Positions 9,518 to 19,165 of a stretch of 64,000 bases of DNA are shown here, in pieces. The number at the start of each line of letters is the position of its first letter. The first letter of the stretch is position 1. The position numbers and the translations under genes were made by a program. The notes below the pieces were generated by a model that ran no database searches, was not told the origin of the DNA, and worked only from the letters and a program-made list of their open reading frames with translations. Source of the DNA: a virus (lineage: Duplodnaviria; Heunggongvirae; Uroviricota; Caudoviricetes); the IMG/VR virus record IMGVR_UViG_643348549_000020. One strand, 5' to 3'.

Positions 9518-12168
9518 CGCCTGCTCCCCGATAACATACCGCCATCACGCAACTGCAGCCGGAGCTCATCCTGCGCCCCCTTGCGGGCCATGTCATACAC
9601 CGCCTTCATCAGCTGCGGCCCCGCCTGTCCGTTGGTGCCGTCGTTCTGAATCACCACGTGATTGTTCTGATTAAAATTAATGCCTTCCGTCCGCCGCATC
9701 TGCGCCGGACTTCCGGCACCGCCCACATAACCCCCTTCCGCATAGCCCCGCATCAGGCGGTACAGGTTGCCGACGCCAATCCGGCTGGTTGCCTCCTTCG
9801 TGAAGACAAACTCCCCGCGATGAACAATTCCCGCAGGTTCATATTTACCCCCCGTCCCCGTAAATCCCCCGGTCGCGAAATGGAAGTTCGCCGCCGCAGC
9901 CTGAATGGCCGTCCCCGTGGAGGCAGACGCACCACCACCGAAAGCACCGCCAATGGCGCTGCCGATACGCCCGACAATGCCCACCATGGCCTGTTTAAGC
10001 AGGATTTCTGTCATCATGGACAGCACCGAACGGGTGAATCCCCGCCAGTCTGCCTCTGCACCGGTCAGCATCGCCGCCATATTCTGTGCAATACCGTCAA
10101 AGGTCTGCGTGGCAGCACTTTTAACCTGCGAAAAACTGTCCGTCGCACTTTCCGCCCACTCGCCCCAGCCGGACTTCAGCCCGGCCATCCAGCTTCCACG
10201 AAGCTGCTCCTCCGCAGACCAGGTGTTCTTCAGTGCCGATGTGGCCTTCGCCAGCGCAGCCGGATTATCACCGTACACGTCCCGAAGACGCTGCGCTTCA
10301 GACTCCCGCTGCGCCTGACGGTCAGTGAGACCGCGGGCTTTTGCGCTGATGGCGGCCTGCTTCGCGCTCTGCTGCTCTTCAAACCGCACCGCCTGCTGTG
10401 CCAGCTCATTCAGGCGTTTCTGGTATTCAACCTTGTCGCCCAGCTCAGCCAGCTGGCGTTTGTACTCCAGCGTCTCGTCTTTATGCGCCAGCAGGGATTT
10501 TTCCTGCTCAGATAACTGTCGTTTCGTGGCAGCCTCTTTCAGGACCGCATACTGACTTTCCGCCTTCCATAAATCACGGCGCTGCCGGCTGATTTTCTCA
10601 TTCGCACCGCTGTGTTTTTCCAGCGTCCTGAGCTCAGCTTCAAGGGCAAGCAGAGCCTCTCTTGCCTGCTCCTCTTCCCTCTCCCCGGCAGAGCGCGTTT
10701 TCGGTGATGTATGCTTTTTACCTGTCAGCTCTTCAGCCAGACGGCTGACGGCTTCCTGCTGCCCCGGACCTTTGCTGACGCCTGTTGCACGCGAACGGTT
10801 GATGTACCCCATTTCCCCCTGGCGTATACGCGCATCCCGTTCCGCAATGGATTTTCTCAGCGCCAGTTCATCACGTTTTGTTTTCTCAATAAATACGCGG
10901 TTCTCTTCTGCCAGTTCACCAAACAACGCACCAACGCCGGGCACATTCTTTGTCGTTTCCCAGGCTGACTGAATAAATTCAGCCAGCGCCAGATCCCCCT
11001 GCACAAGCAGCAGCTTCACCTGTTCAACGGTTCCTGCCACCACGTCAGTGATCAGACTGAGTGCCCCCAGTGTATGATCACCTATCCATGCCCATGCGTC
11101 AGAAGTCCAGGTTTTAACATCGTCCCAGATTTTTTCCACCGGCGTGGCCGCTTTATCAAGTTGCTCCAGACGTGCATTCATGACATCCGCAAACAGGGAC
11201 ATCGCCTCCGTCACCGCAGCCTGTTTACCTTTCGTGCGCTCAAGCTCATCAATATGGCGTAACTGGGAAACGCTCAGGAAGTTATACTGCTGATTCAGGG
11301 AGGCCAGCGCCTTCACCGGATCTGCTGCAATCCCTTCAAAGGCTTTTTCCACCTTCCCGGCATCGTCCCCCACCGTCTGCAGCCATCTCTGAGAGGTTTC
11401 CCCCATGATCCGTAGCTGCCCGGCGGTATATTTCCCGCTTTCTGCCAGACGGGCCAGATTTTCTGCCGCCTGTCTGATACCACCACCGGCTTCATCGCTG
11501 ATCACCCCGGCCATTTTCCACAATTCTGCCGTTGTGGTGGCAGCAGCCCCTCCGGTCAGGGTCAGTGAACGCAATAAGGCCCGGTCAGCCTGCTCTGCCT
11601 GCCAGGCGGCGGCAGCAAGCGCGGCCAGTACGGCAACCCCGCCACCTGCCGCCACACGGGCCACCGACATAAATCGTCCCAGCTCACCGGCATTCCGGGC
11701 ATTTTCAGCCAGTGCATTTGCCGTATCTGACAGCGACTCCTCTGATGATTCAGAGGCATCCCTGATCCCGAGAAGTTCCTCCTTCAGCAGGGTAAGCAGG
11801 CTGAGCGGTCCACCGAATGAATCGCTGATCTGCCCCCCCTGCTGCAGCATGATAAGGAAGGGATTCTGACCACCGGCAAGCTGAGTGACAATATCCGTGA
11901 ACTGTGCGGGCAGTGTGCGCATGGCAGCCTTATACTGTCCGACTGATATCCCGGCTTTTTGTGCAGCCAGCGCCTGTCGGCTCAGACTCTGCTCAGCAGC
12001 ATCAGCCTGTTTTCTGAAAGACTGACTGACTTTCCCGGACATCAAATCAGCAAGCGCACTGGTTTCACCCAGCTCTTTTTTTACCCGCGCTGCCTCTTCA
12101 GAAAAACGGGCAGAATCCAGTGTCAGCACGGCTGTCAGATCGGCAAAATTACCTGCCATCGTGGTCAC
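9514..12168 (-). CDS. H: Tail tape-measure protein H (884 aa)
   Basis: Long Ala/Gln/Glu-rich coiled-coil protein with glycine-rich C-terminal region in the tape-measure position. Confidence 0.9.
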   Translation of the reverse strand: MTTMAGNFADLTAVLTLDSARFSEEAARVKKELGETSALADLMSGKVSQSFRKQADAAEQSLSRQALAAQKAGISVGQYKAAMRTLPAQFTDIVTQLAGGQNPFLIMLQQGGQISDSFGGPLSLLTLLKEELLGIRDASESSEESLSDTANALAENARNAGELGRFMSVARVAAGGGVAVLAALAAAAWQAEQADRALLRSLTLTGGAAATTTAELWKMAGVISDEAGGGIRQAAENLARLAESGKYTAGQLRIMGETSQRWLQTVGDDAGKVEKAFEGIAADPVKALASLNQQYNFLSVSQLRHIDELERTKGKQAAVTEAMSLFADVMNARLEQLDKAATPVEKIWDDVKTWTSDAWAWIGDHTLGALSLITDVVAGTVEQVKLLLVQGDLALAEFIQSAWETTKNVPGVGALFGELAEENRVFIEKTKRDELALRKSIAERDARIRQGEMGYINRSRATGVSKGPGQQEAVSRLAEELTGKKHTSPKTRSAGEREEEQAREALLALEAELRTLEKHSGANEKISRQRRDLWKAESQYAVLKEAATKRQLSEQEKSLLAHKDETLEYKRQLAELGDKVEYQKRLNELAQQAVRFEEQQSAKQAAISAKARGLTDRQAQRESEAQRLRDVYGDNPAALAKATSALKNTWSAEEQLRGSWMAGLKSGWGEWAESATDSFSQVKSAATQTFDGIAQNMAAMLTGAEADWRGFTRSVLSMMTEILLKQAMVGIVGRIGSAIGGAFGGGASASTGTAIQAAAANFHFATGGFTGTGGKYEPAGIVHRGEFVFTKEATSRIGVGNLYRLMRGYAEGGYVGGAGSPAQMRRTEGINFNQNNHVVIQNDGTNGQAGPQLMKAVYDMARKGAQDELRLQLRDGGMLSGSRR

Positions 12169-12202
12169 CTCCTGAAATGTCCTCTGATACCATCAATAAC
12201 TG

Positions 12203-12562
12203 TCACAACCTCCTTCCCTCCTCCCCGAAACGGACTCCACCGGCGAGGCCCGCCGCCTTCTGCATCAGTACATCATTTTCGTCCGGCGTCTCCGCCTGTC
12301 CTTCCTCTGCCTCCGGAGCGAACAGGCTGAAATCCGCCGGATGCATATCCGGATCGCAAAAAAACAGGCTGAGTACGGCGTACATCAGCCCGGAAAAATG
12401 CATATCCAGCTGGGTATCCTGAAAATAATGCGTGCAGTAAAAACGTCGCCAGTCGGCATATTCGGTGGATGTCATCCCGGCAAGCATGGCGCGCCAGTCG
12501 GCTCTCTCCATCTCACGCGCCAGTTTCAGGACAAAGTTCAGCTCGCCTTCGAATGCTTTTTT
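12203..12562 (-). CDS. T: T-frame extension of tail assembly chaperone GT, entered by -1 programmed frameshift from G
   Basis: Slippery heptamer A_AAA_AAG (minus strand, 12562-12556) six codons before the G stop; -1 frame is open from there to the stop at 12203. Confidence 0.7.
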   Translation of the reverse strand, partial: KKAFEGELNFVLKLAREMERADWRAMLAGMTSTEYADWRRFYCTHYFQDTQLDMHFSGLMYAVLSLFFCDPDMHPADFSLFAPEAEEGQAETPDENDVLMQKAAGLAGGVRFGEEGRRL

Positions 12563-12960
12563 GATGTTACCGGCTCAGTCGCTTCTGTTTTCCCGGTTGG
12601 TTCAGGATCGGCATCGTGCCGGTTATCCAGCATACCTGAAAGATAAAGCACCCGGTTCGTTGCCTGATTCAGTGCATCAGCAGGCCATCCCAGCATCACT
12701 TCACGGCGGATCTGCTGCATCTCTGTCTCCGGAGAGGCCAGAGTGCCTTTGAGGGAATGGGAATGCCATAGCGACATCGCCACAAGCAGGGATGCCGTTT
12801 CCAGATATCGCTGGTTAATGTGCACGACATCATGCTTCGTTGTCTCCTGTTGTTCTGCGTCTGAAACAAACTTTATATAATCAAACCGCTGCAGCGCAGA
12901 CAATTCGGAAAGCGTGACGGACACACCGTTATATTCAAATTGTTCTGTTTTCAGAAACAT
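12538..12960 (-). CDS. G: Tail assembly chaperone G
   Basis: 140-aa ORF between V and H with the canonical frameshift site near its 3' end. Confidence 0.8.
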   Translation of the reverse strand: MFLKTEQFEYNGVSVTLSELSALQRFDYIKFVSDAEQQETTKHDVVHINQRYLETASLLVAMSLWHSHSLKGTLASPETEMQQIRREVMLGWPADALNQATNRVLYLSGMLDNRHDADPEPTGKTEATEPVTSKKHSKAS

Positions 12961-12973
12961 GTATTACCTCCGT

Positions 12974-13726
12974 TTACCCTGCAGCGCCCGCTTCAGTAAC
13001 GGTGACTTCAGCCACTGCGGCGAACTGACCATTTCCGCTCACCACAGGGATCTGCACCTTACCTGTCGCCACGCCGTTTACCGTAATTGTCATATCTTTC
13101 ACACTAATGGTGGCTTTCGACGGATCGGCGGAAACCGCTCTGAACGTCTTGTCGGTTGCACTTTCCGGCTCAAAAGAAACCGTCAGGGTGGTTGTTTTCC
13201 CTTTTGCCACCGTACCGGATGTCGGTGTCACCTTAATTGCAGTGGCCGGCGTAATTTCGCTGCGTTCTTCCGCCACGGAAGGTTTGCCCACGTTAGTGAC
13301 TTTCACCGTGCGGGTGATCACTTCTTTCGCCGTCACGGCCTTACCGATACTGCTGACCCAGCCACGGAACACATCCACCGTGCCATTTGGGAAACGGATT
13401 TTATAGGCCCGCACATCCCCGCTTTCAAACCAGCCTATAAGCCCTTTCTGACCTTCTTCTCCCGGTTTCCAGGCCAGCGTAAAACTGGTATCTCCTGCAG
13501 ACTTCTGCCCCTGCCCGGTCGCGGTCCAGTCCGCGTCTTCATCATCCAGGTAGTTATCATCGTAGGGTTCTGCCGTCATCTCGCCCGGCGTCAGATCCTT
13601 CACCTTAGCCAGTCGCTGCCAGTCATCGTCTGACAACGGGTTTGCATAAGCATCACCCTTGCCGTTGTAAACCCACAGAGTGGTACCGGCACCTTTTACC
13701 GGCTCAAGGGGATTTGGTGTTGCCAT
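12974..13726 (-). CDS. V: Major tail protein V with C-terminal Ig-like domain
   Basis: 250-aa ORF in gpV position; Thr/Val-rich beta-sandwich-like C-terminus. Confidence 0.85.
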   Translation of the reverse strand: MATPNPLEPVKGAGTTLWVYNGKGDAYANPLSDDDWQRLAKVKDLTPGEMTAEPYDDNYLDDEDADWTATGQGQKSAGDTSFTLAWKPGEEGQKGLIGWFESGDVRAYKIRFPNGTVDVFRGWVSSIGKAVTAKEVITRTVKVTNVGKPSVAEERSEITPATAIKVTPTSGTVAKGKTTTLTVSFEPESATDKTFRAVSADPSKATISVKDMTITVNGVATGKVQIPVVSGNGQFAAVAEVTVTEAGAAG

Positions 13727-13733
13727 ATCGTCC

Positions 13734-14132
13734 TCACATCTCGTAGGTAATTTTCCACAGGAGATCTGCCGATCCCCACATCATAAACTCATCATCCCGG
13801 CGGTAGTCATACCCCTGAAGATTCATCTTCAGCAGTAATGCACTGAGCCCGGGAACTGCCTCCAGCGCAGGAAGAATTTTTTCTTCCATCCACATATCCA
13901 GTGCCGAGTCCGGTTCTTTTGCCCTGAGAAAAACCTCAATATGCAGTGTCGCCTCCCAGGTTCCCTCATCAACGAACTCGTCAGCAGCAGACGCATCTGT
14001 CAGGTAAACAGCAACAGCAGGCAGTTCCTGTTCATCAATAAAAACCGGGCGACCGTCAAACCAGCTCACCCTCTCAGAAATATTTTCTTTCAGGGCAGAC
14101 AGAACTGCCGCCCGTATTTCACGGTGTTTCAT
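13734..14132 (-). CDS. U: Tail terminator protein U
   Basis: [14 protein letters not shown]...GYDYRRDD...ITYEM closely parallels lambda gpU. Confidence 0.85.
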   Translation of the reverse strand: MKHREIRAAVLSALKENISERVSWFDGRPVFIDEQELPAVAVYLTDASAADEFVDEGTWEATLHIEVFLRAKEPDSALDMWMEEKILPALEAVPGLSALLLKMNLQGYDYRRDDEFMMWGSADLLWKITYEM

Positions 14133-14144
14133 ACACCCTCCCAG

Positions 14145-14774
14145 TCATTTTCTTTTCAGCACCAGGCGTAACTGATGCGTCATGGCTTTCATCATCTGCG
14201 CCGGTAATTTTTCCCGGTACATCCGGTCCCGTTCACGTTCAAAGGTTTCTGCCAGCGGTCCGGCAGTCGTAATCTTCACCACTTCGATCGGCAGACGGTG
14301 GCGTTTCGGCCTCCCTTTGCTGTCCGCGCCGGTGGATGATGATGCCCACGGCATACGCTGCATCACATGCCAGCGTCCGTTAGCCAGCCGGGTGATAAAG
14401 GCGTCCGGGATCCGTCTTTTCCCCACAATCAGCACACTGCCGCCCCCTTTCAGGGCCGCACGCTGTCCTTTCTTTCTCCGTTTTCTGCGGGAAAGTCGAA
14501 CGCGGGCCTCCCCCAGTTTGATGGCGGGCAGGTTGCCGGTATTGATGTAAACCTTTGCGTAAACCTTATCCGGTCGTGCCGGACTTAACCGGATGCGGGC
14601 ACGGATAAGACGACGGGGAACGGCCAGCTCCCTGGCAACTGAAGAGGCCGTTTTCGCAATAATGGCCCCCGCCACTCGGTTCAGTGTCGTGGCAGAGGCC
14701 CGGGGAACGGCACGGCGATCAATTGCATCCAGATTTTTCATGGCCTGCGCCAGACCTTTTATTGCCATACTCAT
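14145..14774 (-). CDS. Z: Tail completion protein Z-like
   Basis: Basic 209-aa protein in the gpZ position upstream of U. Confidence 0.6.
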   Translation of the reverse strand: MSMAIKGLAQAMKNLDAIDRRAVPRASATTLNRVAGAIIAKTASSVARELAVPRRLIRARIRLSPARPDKVYAKVYINTGNLPAIKLGEARVRLSRRKRRKKGQRAALKGGGSVLIVGKRRIPDAFITRLANGRWHVMQRMPWASSSTGADSKGRPKRHRLPIEVVKITTAGPLAETFERERDRMYREKLPAQMMKAMTHQLRLVLKRK

Positions 14775-15052
14775 TCCTGTTCGACAAAAATCCGGGGTTT
14801 ACCGTTGTACGTGTCATAACGGGTCACCGTCAGTGTGCGCCCCGCAAACACAACAACATCATGACGGGCCGGACGGTACCGGGCTGAAAACACCACCAGT
14901 GACAACTGGCTGCCCGAAAGCGCCCCCATCTCCGCGGACTCTTCCTCCGGCATCACGTCGTACACGACGCCGTTAATCTCCGCCTGTTTGCCCATCACCC
15001 GAACGGTCGCCACGTCCATCCGGCAACACATTCGCGTAAACAGATCAGACAT
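14771..15052 (-). CDS. Head-tail connector (FII-position) protein
   Basis: Small ORF overlapping Z start; assigned by gene order only. Confidence 0.4.
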   Translation of the reverse strand: MSDLFTRMCCRMDVATVRVMGKQAEINGVVYDVMPEEESAEMGALSGSQLSLVVFSARYRPARHDVVVFAGRTLTVTRYDTYNGKPRIFVEQE

Positions 15053-15371
15053 TGATTTTTACCGCCACAGTGGCGCTGTTTGCAGGGGCATTTTCCCAGG
15101 CTACCCCCGCTGCCACCGCACCGTCTGCAGCCAGCTGCACAACCCCGTCCTTCAGATAAACCACCGCGCCGGACTGAATGTCGTCAGCAGACTGTTTGGG
15201 CAGCAGGAACACGCCTTCGGCAAAACCGTCACCGGCCTCACCGGCAGGAATATCGGTAATGGCCACGGCCACCATACTGCCGACCACCACCGCAGCACCG
15301 CTCAGGATGGTCTGATCTCCGGCATTCACCAGTTCAATGGTGGTACCGTCCTGTACAAAATTTTTCGCCAT
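15045..15371 (-). CDS. Small Ala/Gly/Val-rich head protein (DUF2190-like, FI position)
   Basis: 108-aa ORF immediately downstream of the capsid gene; low-complexity beta-rich sequence. Confidence 0.4.
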   Translation of the reverse strand: MAKNFVQDGTTIELVNAGDQTILSGAAVVVGSMVAVAITDIPAGEAGDGFAEGVFLLPKQSADDIQSGAVVYLKDGVVQLAADGAVAAGVAWENAPANSATVAVKINV

Positions 15372-15458
15372 AATGCTGTTTCTCCGGACAGCCCCTGTGG
15401 GGCTGTTTTTCAGGCATAAAAAAAGCCCTTTCGGGCAGTGATTGTGATAACGCGGTTA

Positions 15459-18400
15459 TCAGGCCACCGACGAACGCACCAGCCCGCGCCAGTCAAGTGG
15501 TGCCACTCCGGCATCAATACGGATTTTTGTGGCAATGCCGTCAGTGGTGAAACCTTCCTGCTGATCAATGTATGGCGTGTCCACACCATCCAGCCAGGCC
15601 ACTTCAATGGTGTCAGTGCCCTGTGCCGCCGCCAGATACCAGGTTTTCGGGTCTGCCGCATCAAGACGCGCTTCTGCAATCACCTCAGCAAAGTTCTGGA
15701 TAGGGTTAATGACACCGGCGTTTGCATCCGCCCCTTTCACACTGGCCGATTTGATGGTCTGGTTCGCCACCGTCTCCAGTGCCACCGGTACCAGCATAAA
15801 GGCCGGACGGATATTCAGGGCACGATCGCCTTCTTTCTGCAGGCGCATCATCTGACGGGCCGCATCCAGTCCGGAAACGGAGATCCCCCCGGTGGCAATA
15901 TTTTTGTGATCGGCATGGAACAGCGCCTTACCGTCGGACAGTTTCGGGTTATCCGTCAGCACCTTGTAGACCAGGTCACCAATCGTTGCCTTCGCCGCAC
16001 GCCCCATCTTCATCGGCACGTCCACCAGCATATTCAGATCATCATTGATAATGGCCTGGCGGGTGATGGAGAAAATCTCCCCGTAAGTGGCCAGTGCAAT
16101 GGTCTCCTTGCGATCTGAGGTGGTGATGTATTTATACTCCGCCCCCTCACGAACCTGGCGCAGAGAACCAAAACCGCCCATCCCCACGCGATACGCTGTT
16201 TTGAAGTCTGACAGGCGTCCCTTACGGGTCCACTTCTGGAAGGTTTCTTCTGATTCCTCCCAGCCCTGGATCAGCCCCTTGTTCGACACATCCAGCAGAA
16301 TATTGCCAAAATCAGAGGTGCTGTGCGTCAGCGCCAGCCCGACCATCTGCATGGGGTTATAACTGGCCACCCCAATACCGCGCTCCGTCAGTGACATGCG
16401 AGCCCATTCACGCAGGGTCATCCCGTTATAGGCGTTATCCTTCTCGACATTTTCAAATCCGGCACGGGCCAGCATCGCCTGGCGGATCCCGTCCCCCACA
16501 AAATTGCCGTTTCCGGCATAAATATGGGCCGGTGTATTTTTGTTGGTCGGCGAGGACTCCTTGCCCATTTCATTCAGCAGACGTTCACGGGCCATTTCCA
16601 GCGAACAGTCAGGATCAGCCACGCACTGTGCCTGAAGCGTCTGATAGCGACCGCCGAACATGGCAAACAGATCGTTAATGCCTGACATGCGGGCTTTCTG
16701 CTCAGCCATAACGCGGGCGCGAATGGTCGCCTCATCAGACACTGCCGGTACCGGTGATGGTTCTGTTACCGCCGGTGCAGGGATTGTCACTGTGGTATCA
16801 CGCGGGGCACTGTTGCGTGGCGGAGTAATCATGTTTCGGATGGATTCCGGCATCTTTTTAAATTCCTCTGTACGTTTTGACTGAATACATGCCATTGCCT
16901 CAACAGCGGGTGTCACCTGGTCAGCAAATCCGTGTGCCAGACATTCGGCACCGGACATCCAGGTTTCATCCGCCAGCATGGCGGCAATTTCATCGGTGGT
17001 TTTTCCGGTTTTCTGCGCATAGGCTGGCAACAGTACCGATTCGACTTTATCCAGCAAATCGGCATAACTGCGCATATCCTCAGCATCCCCGCCACTGAAT
17101 CCCCATGGCTTATGGATCATCATGAAGGCATTTTCCGGCATAATGACCGTATCACCGGCCATCGCAATCACAGATGCCATCGAGGCGGCAACGCCATCCA
17201 CATACACGGTAATGGTCGCCCCCTGATTTTTCAGGGCATTAAAAATGGCGATGCCTTCAAAGACATCGCCACCCGGTGAATTGATATGGAGATTAATGTG
17301 GGTGATATCACCCAGTGCATTCAGTTCGCTGACAAACTGCTTCGCGGTAACTCCCCAGAAACCAATCTCGTCATAAATATAAATATCCGCGTCACCCGGC
17401 CCCCCAGCTTGCATCCTGAACCAGGATTTATTCTTCATGCTGGCTTTCGGTGTCGCGCTGATACTGTCGTTCAGTTCCGGCACTGTTGCCTCCTTTGTCG
17501 TTGACGGGGTCAGTATCAAAGACCAGCCCCAGTCTGCTGTTTTCATCAATTTCAGCCTTGCGGCGACGTTTGACCTCATCCCGGATTGCGCCCCCGGCAC
17601 GCACCCAGTCAGATTCTGTCGCTGCACACCCCGGATCTGAATTCTCCAGGCTTCAGCTTCCTTAACCGGGTCGATCCACGGCATCACCGGACCGGAATAC
17701 GTCGCGTTATATAGCGTTTTCATCTCCACATCCGCCGGAATTTTCAGCAGACCTGCCGCAACCACCATATTCAGCCATGTCCGGTACACCGGGCGGGTTA
17801 CCGCGCCAATAAAACAGTCCTGCAGGATCAGGTAACCATCCGTGGACTCGACCAACTCCTGCCGCTGGGCGCTGTAGGTGCCGTTATAGTTACGCGCCGC
17901 ACTGGAAAAACTCAGACGACTGCCTGCTGCCACTGCACGCAACTGGCCGTTGCGGAAAGTTTCAAGGTTGGGATTGGGACGGTCAGATTTGACCATGCCG
18001 ATATCCTCGCCCTTGCGCAAATCGTCATAAATAATACCCGGGGTGATATGGACTTCCCGCTCGGTCTCTTTGCTCCCCGGATCTTCATAGTCCTGTCCGT
18101 CACCTTTACGGATATACAGTCCCAGCGCCGCAGCAATACGCGCCGCTGTCAGTTCCGCATCCTCATACTCCTTAAGGGCACTGATCCGCATCAGCACCCC
18201 CGATAACATGGATGAGCCTCGCGTCTGATGCAGACGACGAGTGAACTTCAGGTGGATCATTTTTCCGGCAGCGATTTCTTTCGTATCACTCTGCCGGCCT
18301 CTGACCGGATAATTTTTATAAACCAGATATTTTTTCGGTCTTCCCCACTCATCAAGAAAAACCCCCTGATTCAGTCCGGCGGATTCATCAGTGCGCATGG

Positions 18401-18929
18401 GAACAAAATCCGGCTCCATCGCCTCAAGCCAGAATGGCACTCCCGCCGTCCGTTCCAGACCGTTTCCCGCACCACTGACCATCTGCGCAAACACTTCACC
18501 ATCCCGCAGCCAGGTCCGCAGCAGTAAACGTTCAAGCACAGGACGGGTATACTGCCCTGTCACATCCGGACTCACGGACCATTCAGCCCACAAACGGCGG
18601 ATATCCGCAGCCAGCTCAGCCGCCATTTCCCCGTTTTTTCGTAATGGCTGAGGCTCCACAATAATTCCCCTGGCACCAATCACCCGCTCTTCCAGCTTGT
18701 CAAACACACCAATCACCAGGTCATGATTGATATCCAGAAAACGGGCCTGCTCCCGCAGGGAAACCGCACCGTATTTACTGAGCTGATCAGCAGAGCGATT
18801 TTCCCGCCGGGCTTTATGTGTCCGGGTCGGTTTCACCGCCTCATAGGCCATGATTAACGCCCTTGAACGCAGTCTGGCTGCTTTCCACCCGGGGGAAAAC
18901 ACGCCGATCACATCATCAATAATTGCCAT
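15459..18929 (-). CDS. Single 1156-aa ORF fusing portal protein (N-terminal about 435 aa) to ClpP-like prohead protease plus HK97-fold major capsid protein; fusion caused by a net 1-nt difference from copy Y at 17581-17630; protease/capsid could still initiate at internal ATG 17438
   Basis: ClpP signature GDITHINLHINSPGGDV; capsid-like C-terminus; copy Y has separate portal and protease/capsid ORFs. Confidence 0.7.
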   Translation of the reverse strand: MAIIDDVIGVFSPGWKAARLRSRALIMAYEAVKPTRTHKARRENRSADQLSKYGAVSLREQARFLDINHDLVIGVFDKLEERVIGARGIIVEPQPLRKNGEMAAELAADIRRLWAEWSVSPDVTGQYTRPVLERLLLRTWLRDGEVFAQMVSGAGNGLERTAGVPFWLEAMEPDFVPMRTDESAGLNQGVFLDEWGRPKKYLVYKNYPVRGRQSDTKEIAAGKMIHLKFTRRLHQTRGSSMLSGVLMRISALKEYEDAELTAARIAAALGLYIRKGDGQDYEDPGSKETEREVHITPGIIYDDLRKGEDIGMVKSDRPNPNLETFRNGQLRAVAAGSRLSFSSAARNYNGTYSAQRQELVESTDGYLILQDCFIGAVTRPVYRTWLNMVVAAGLLKIPADVEMKTLYNATYSGPVMPWIDPVKEAEAWRIQIRGVQRQNLTGCVPGAQSGMRSNVAARLKLMKTADWGWSLILTPSTTKEATVPELNDSISATPKASMKNKSWFRMQAGGPGDADIYIYDEIGFWGVTAKQFVSELNALGDITHINLHINSPGGDVFEGIAIFNALKNQGATITVYVDGVAASMASVIAMAGDTVIMPENAFMMIHKPWGFSGGDAEDMRSYADLLDKVESVLLPAYAQKTGKTTDEIAAMLADETWMSGAECLAHGFADQVTPAVEAMACIQSKRTEEFKKMPESIRNMITPPRNSAPRDTTVTIPAPAVTEPSPVPAVSDEATIRARVMAEQKARMSGINDLFAMFGGRYQTLQAQCVADPDCSLEMARERLLNEMGKESSPTNKNTPAHIYAGNGNFVGDGIRQAMLARAGFENVEKDNAYNGMTLREWARMSLTERGIGVASYNPMQMVGLALTHSTSDFGNILLDVSNKGLIQGWEESEETFQKWTRKGRLSDFKTAYRVGMGGFGSLRQVREGAEYKYITTSDRKETIALATYGEIFSITRQAIINDDLNMLVDVPMKMGRAAKATIGDLVYKVLTDNPKLSDGKALFHADHKNIATGGISVSGLDAARQMMRLQKEGDRALNIRPAFMLVPVALETVANQTIKSASVKGADANAGVINPIQNFAEVIAEARLDAADPKTWYLAAAQGTDTIEVAWLDGVDTPYIDQQEGFTTDGIATKIRIDAGVAPLDWRGLVRSSVA

Positions 18930-19165
18930 TAAAACCTCGCCAGTTTAAATCCCGGTTTTCCCCGCCTGCGGCTCACCATCGCGGCAAGCCTGCGTTCCCA
19001 CTCCTGACGTCCGGCGCGGATCTGAGAAAGGCTTTCCAGCGTCAGTTGCTGCCCGTTGAAGATGACAGACTTTCCCTCCAGTACGGCCATTTCCGCTTCA
19101 CGGTACCGCTGTATCATTTCTCTGGCTTCTTCTGTGCTCACAACCAGCCTCCTGATGTTATCCAT
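18929..19165 (-). CDS. W: Head-tail joining protein W-like
   Basis: 78-aa ORF between terminase and portal; C-terminal RRRGKPGF resembles lambda gpW. Confidence 0.6.
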   Translation of the reverse strand: MDNIRRLVVSTEEAREMIQRYREAEMAVLEGKSVIFNGQQLTLESLSQIRAGRQEWERRLAAMVSRRRGKPGFKLARF

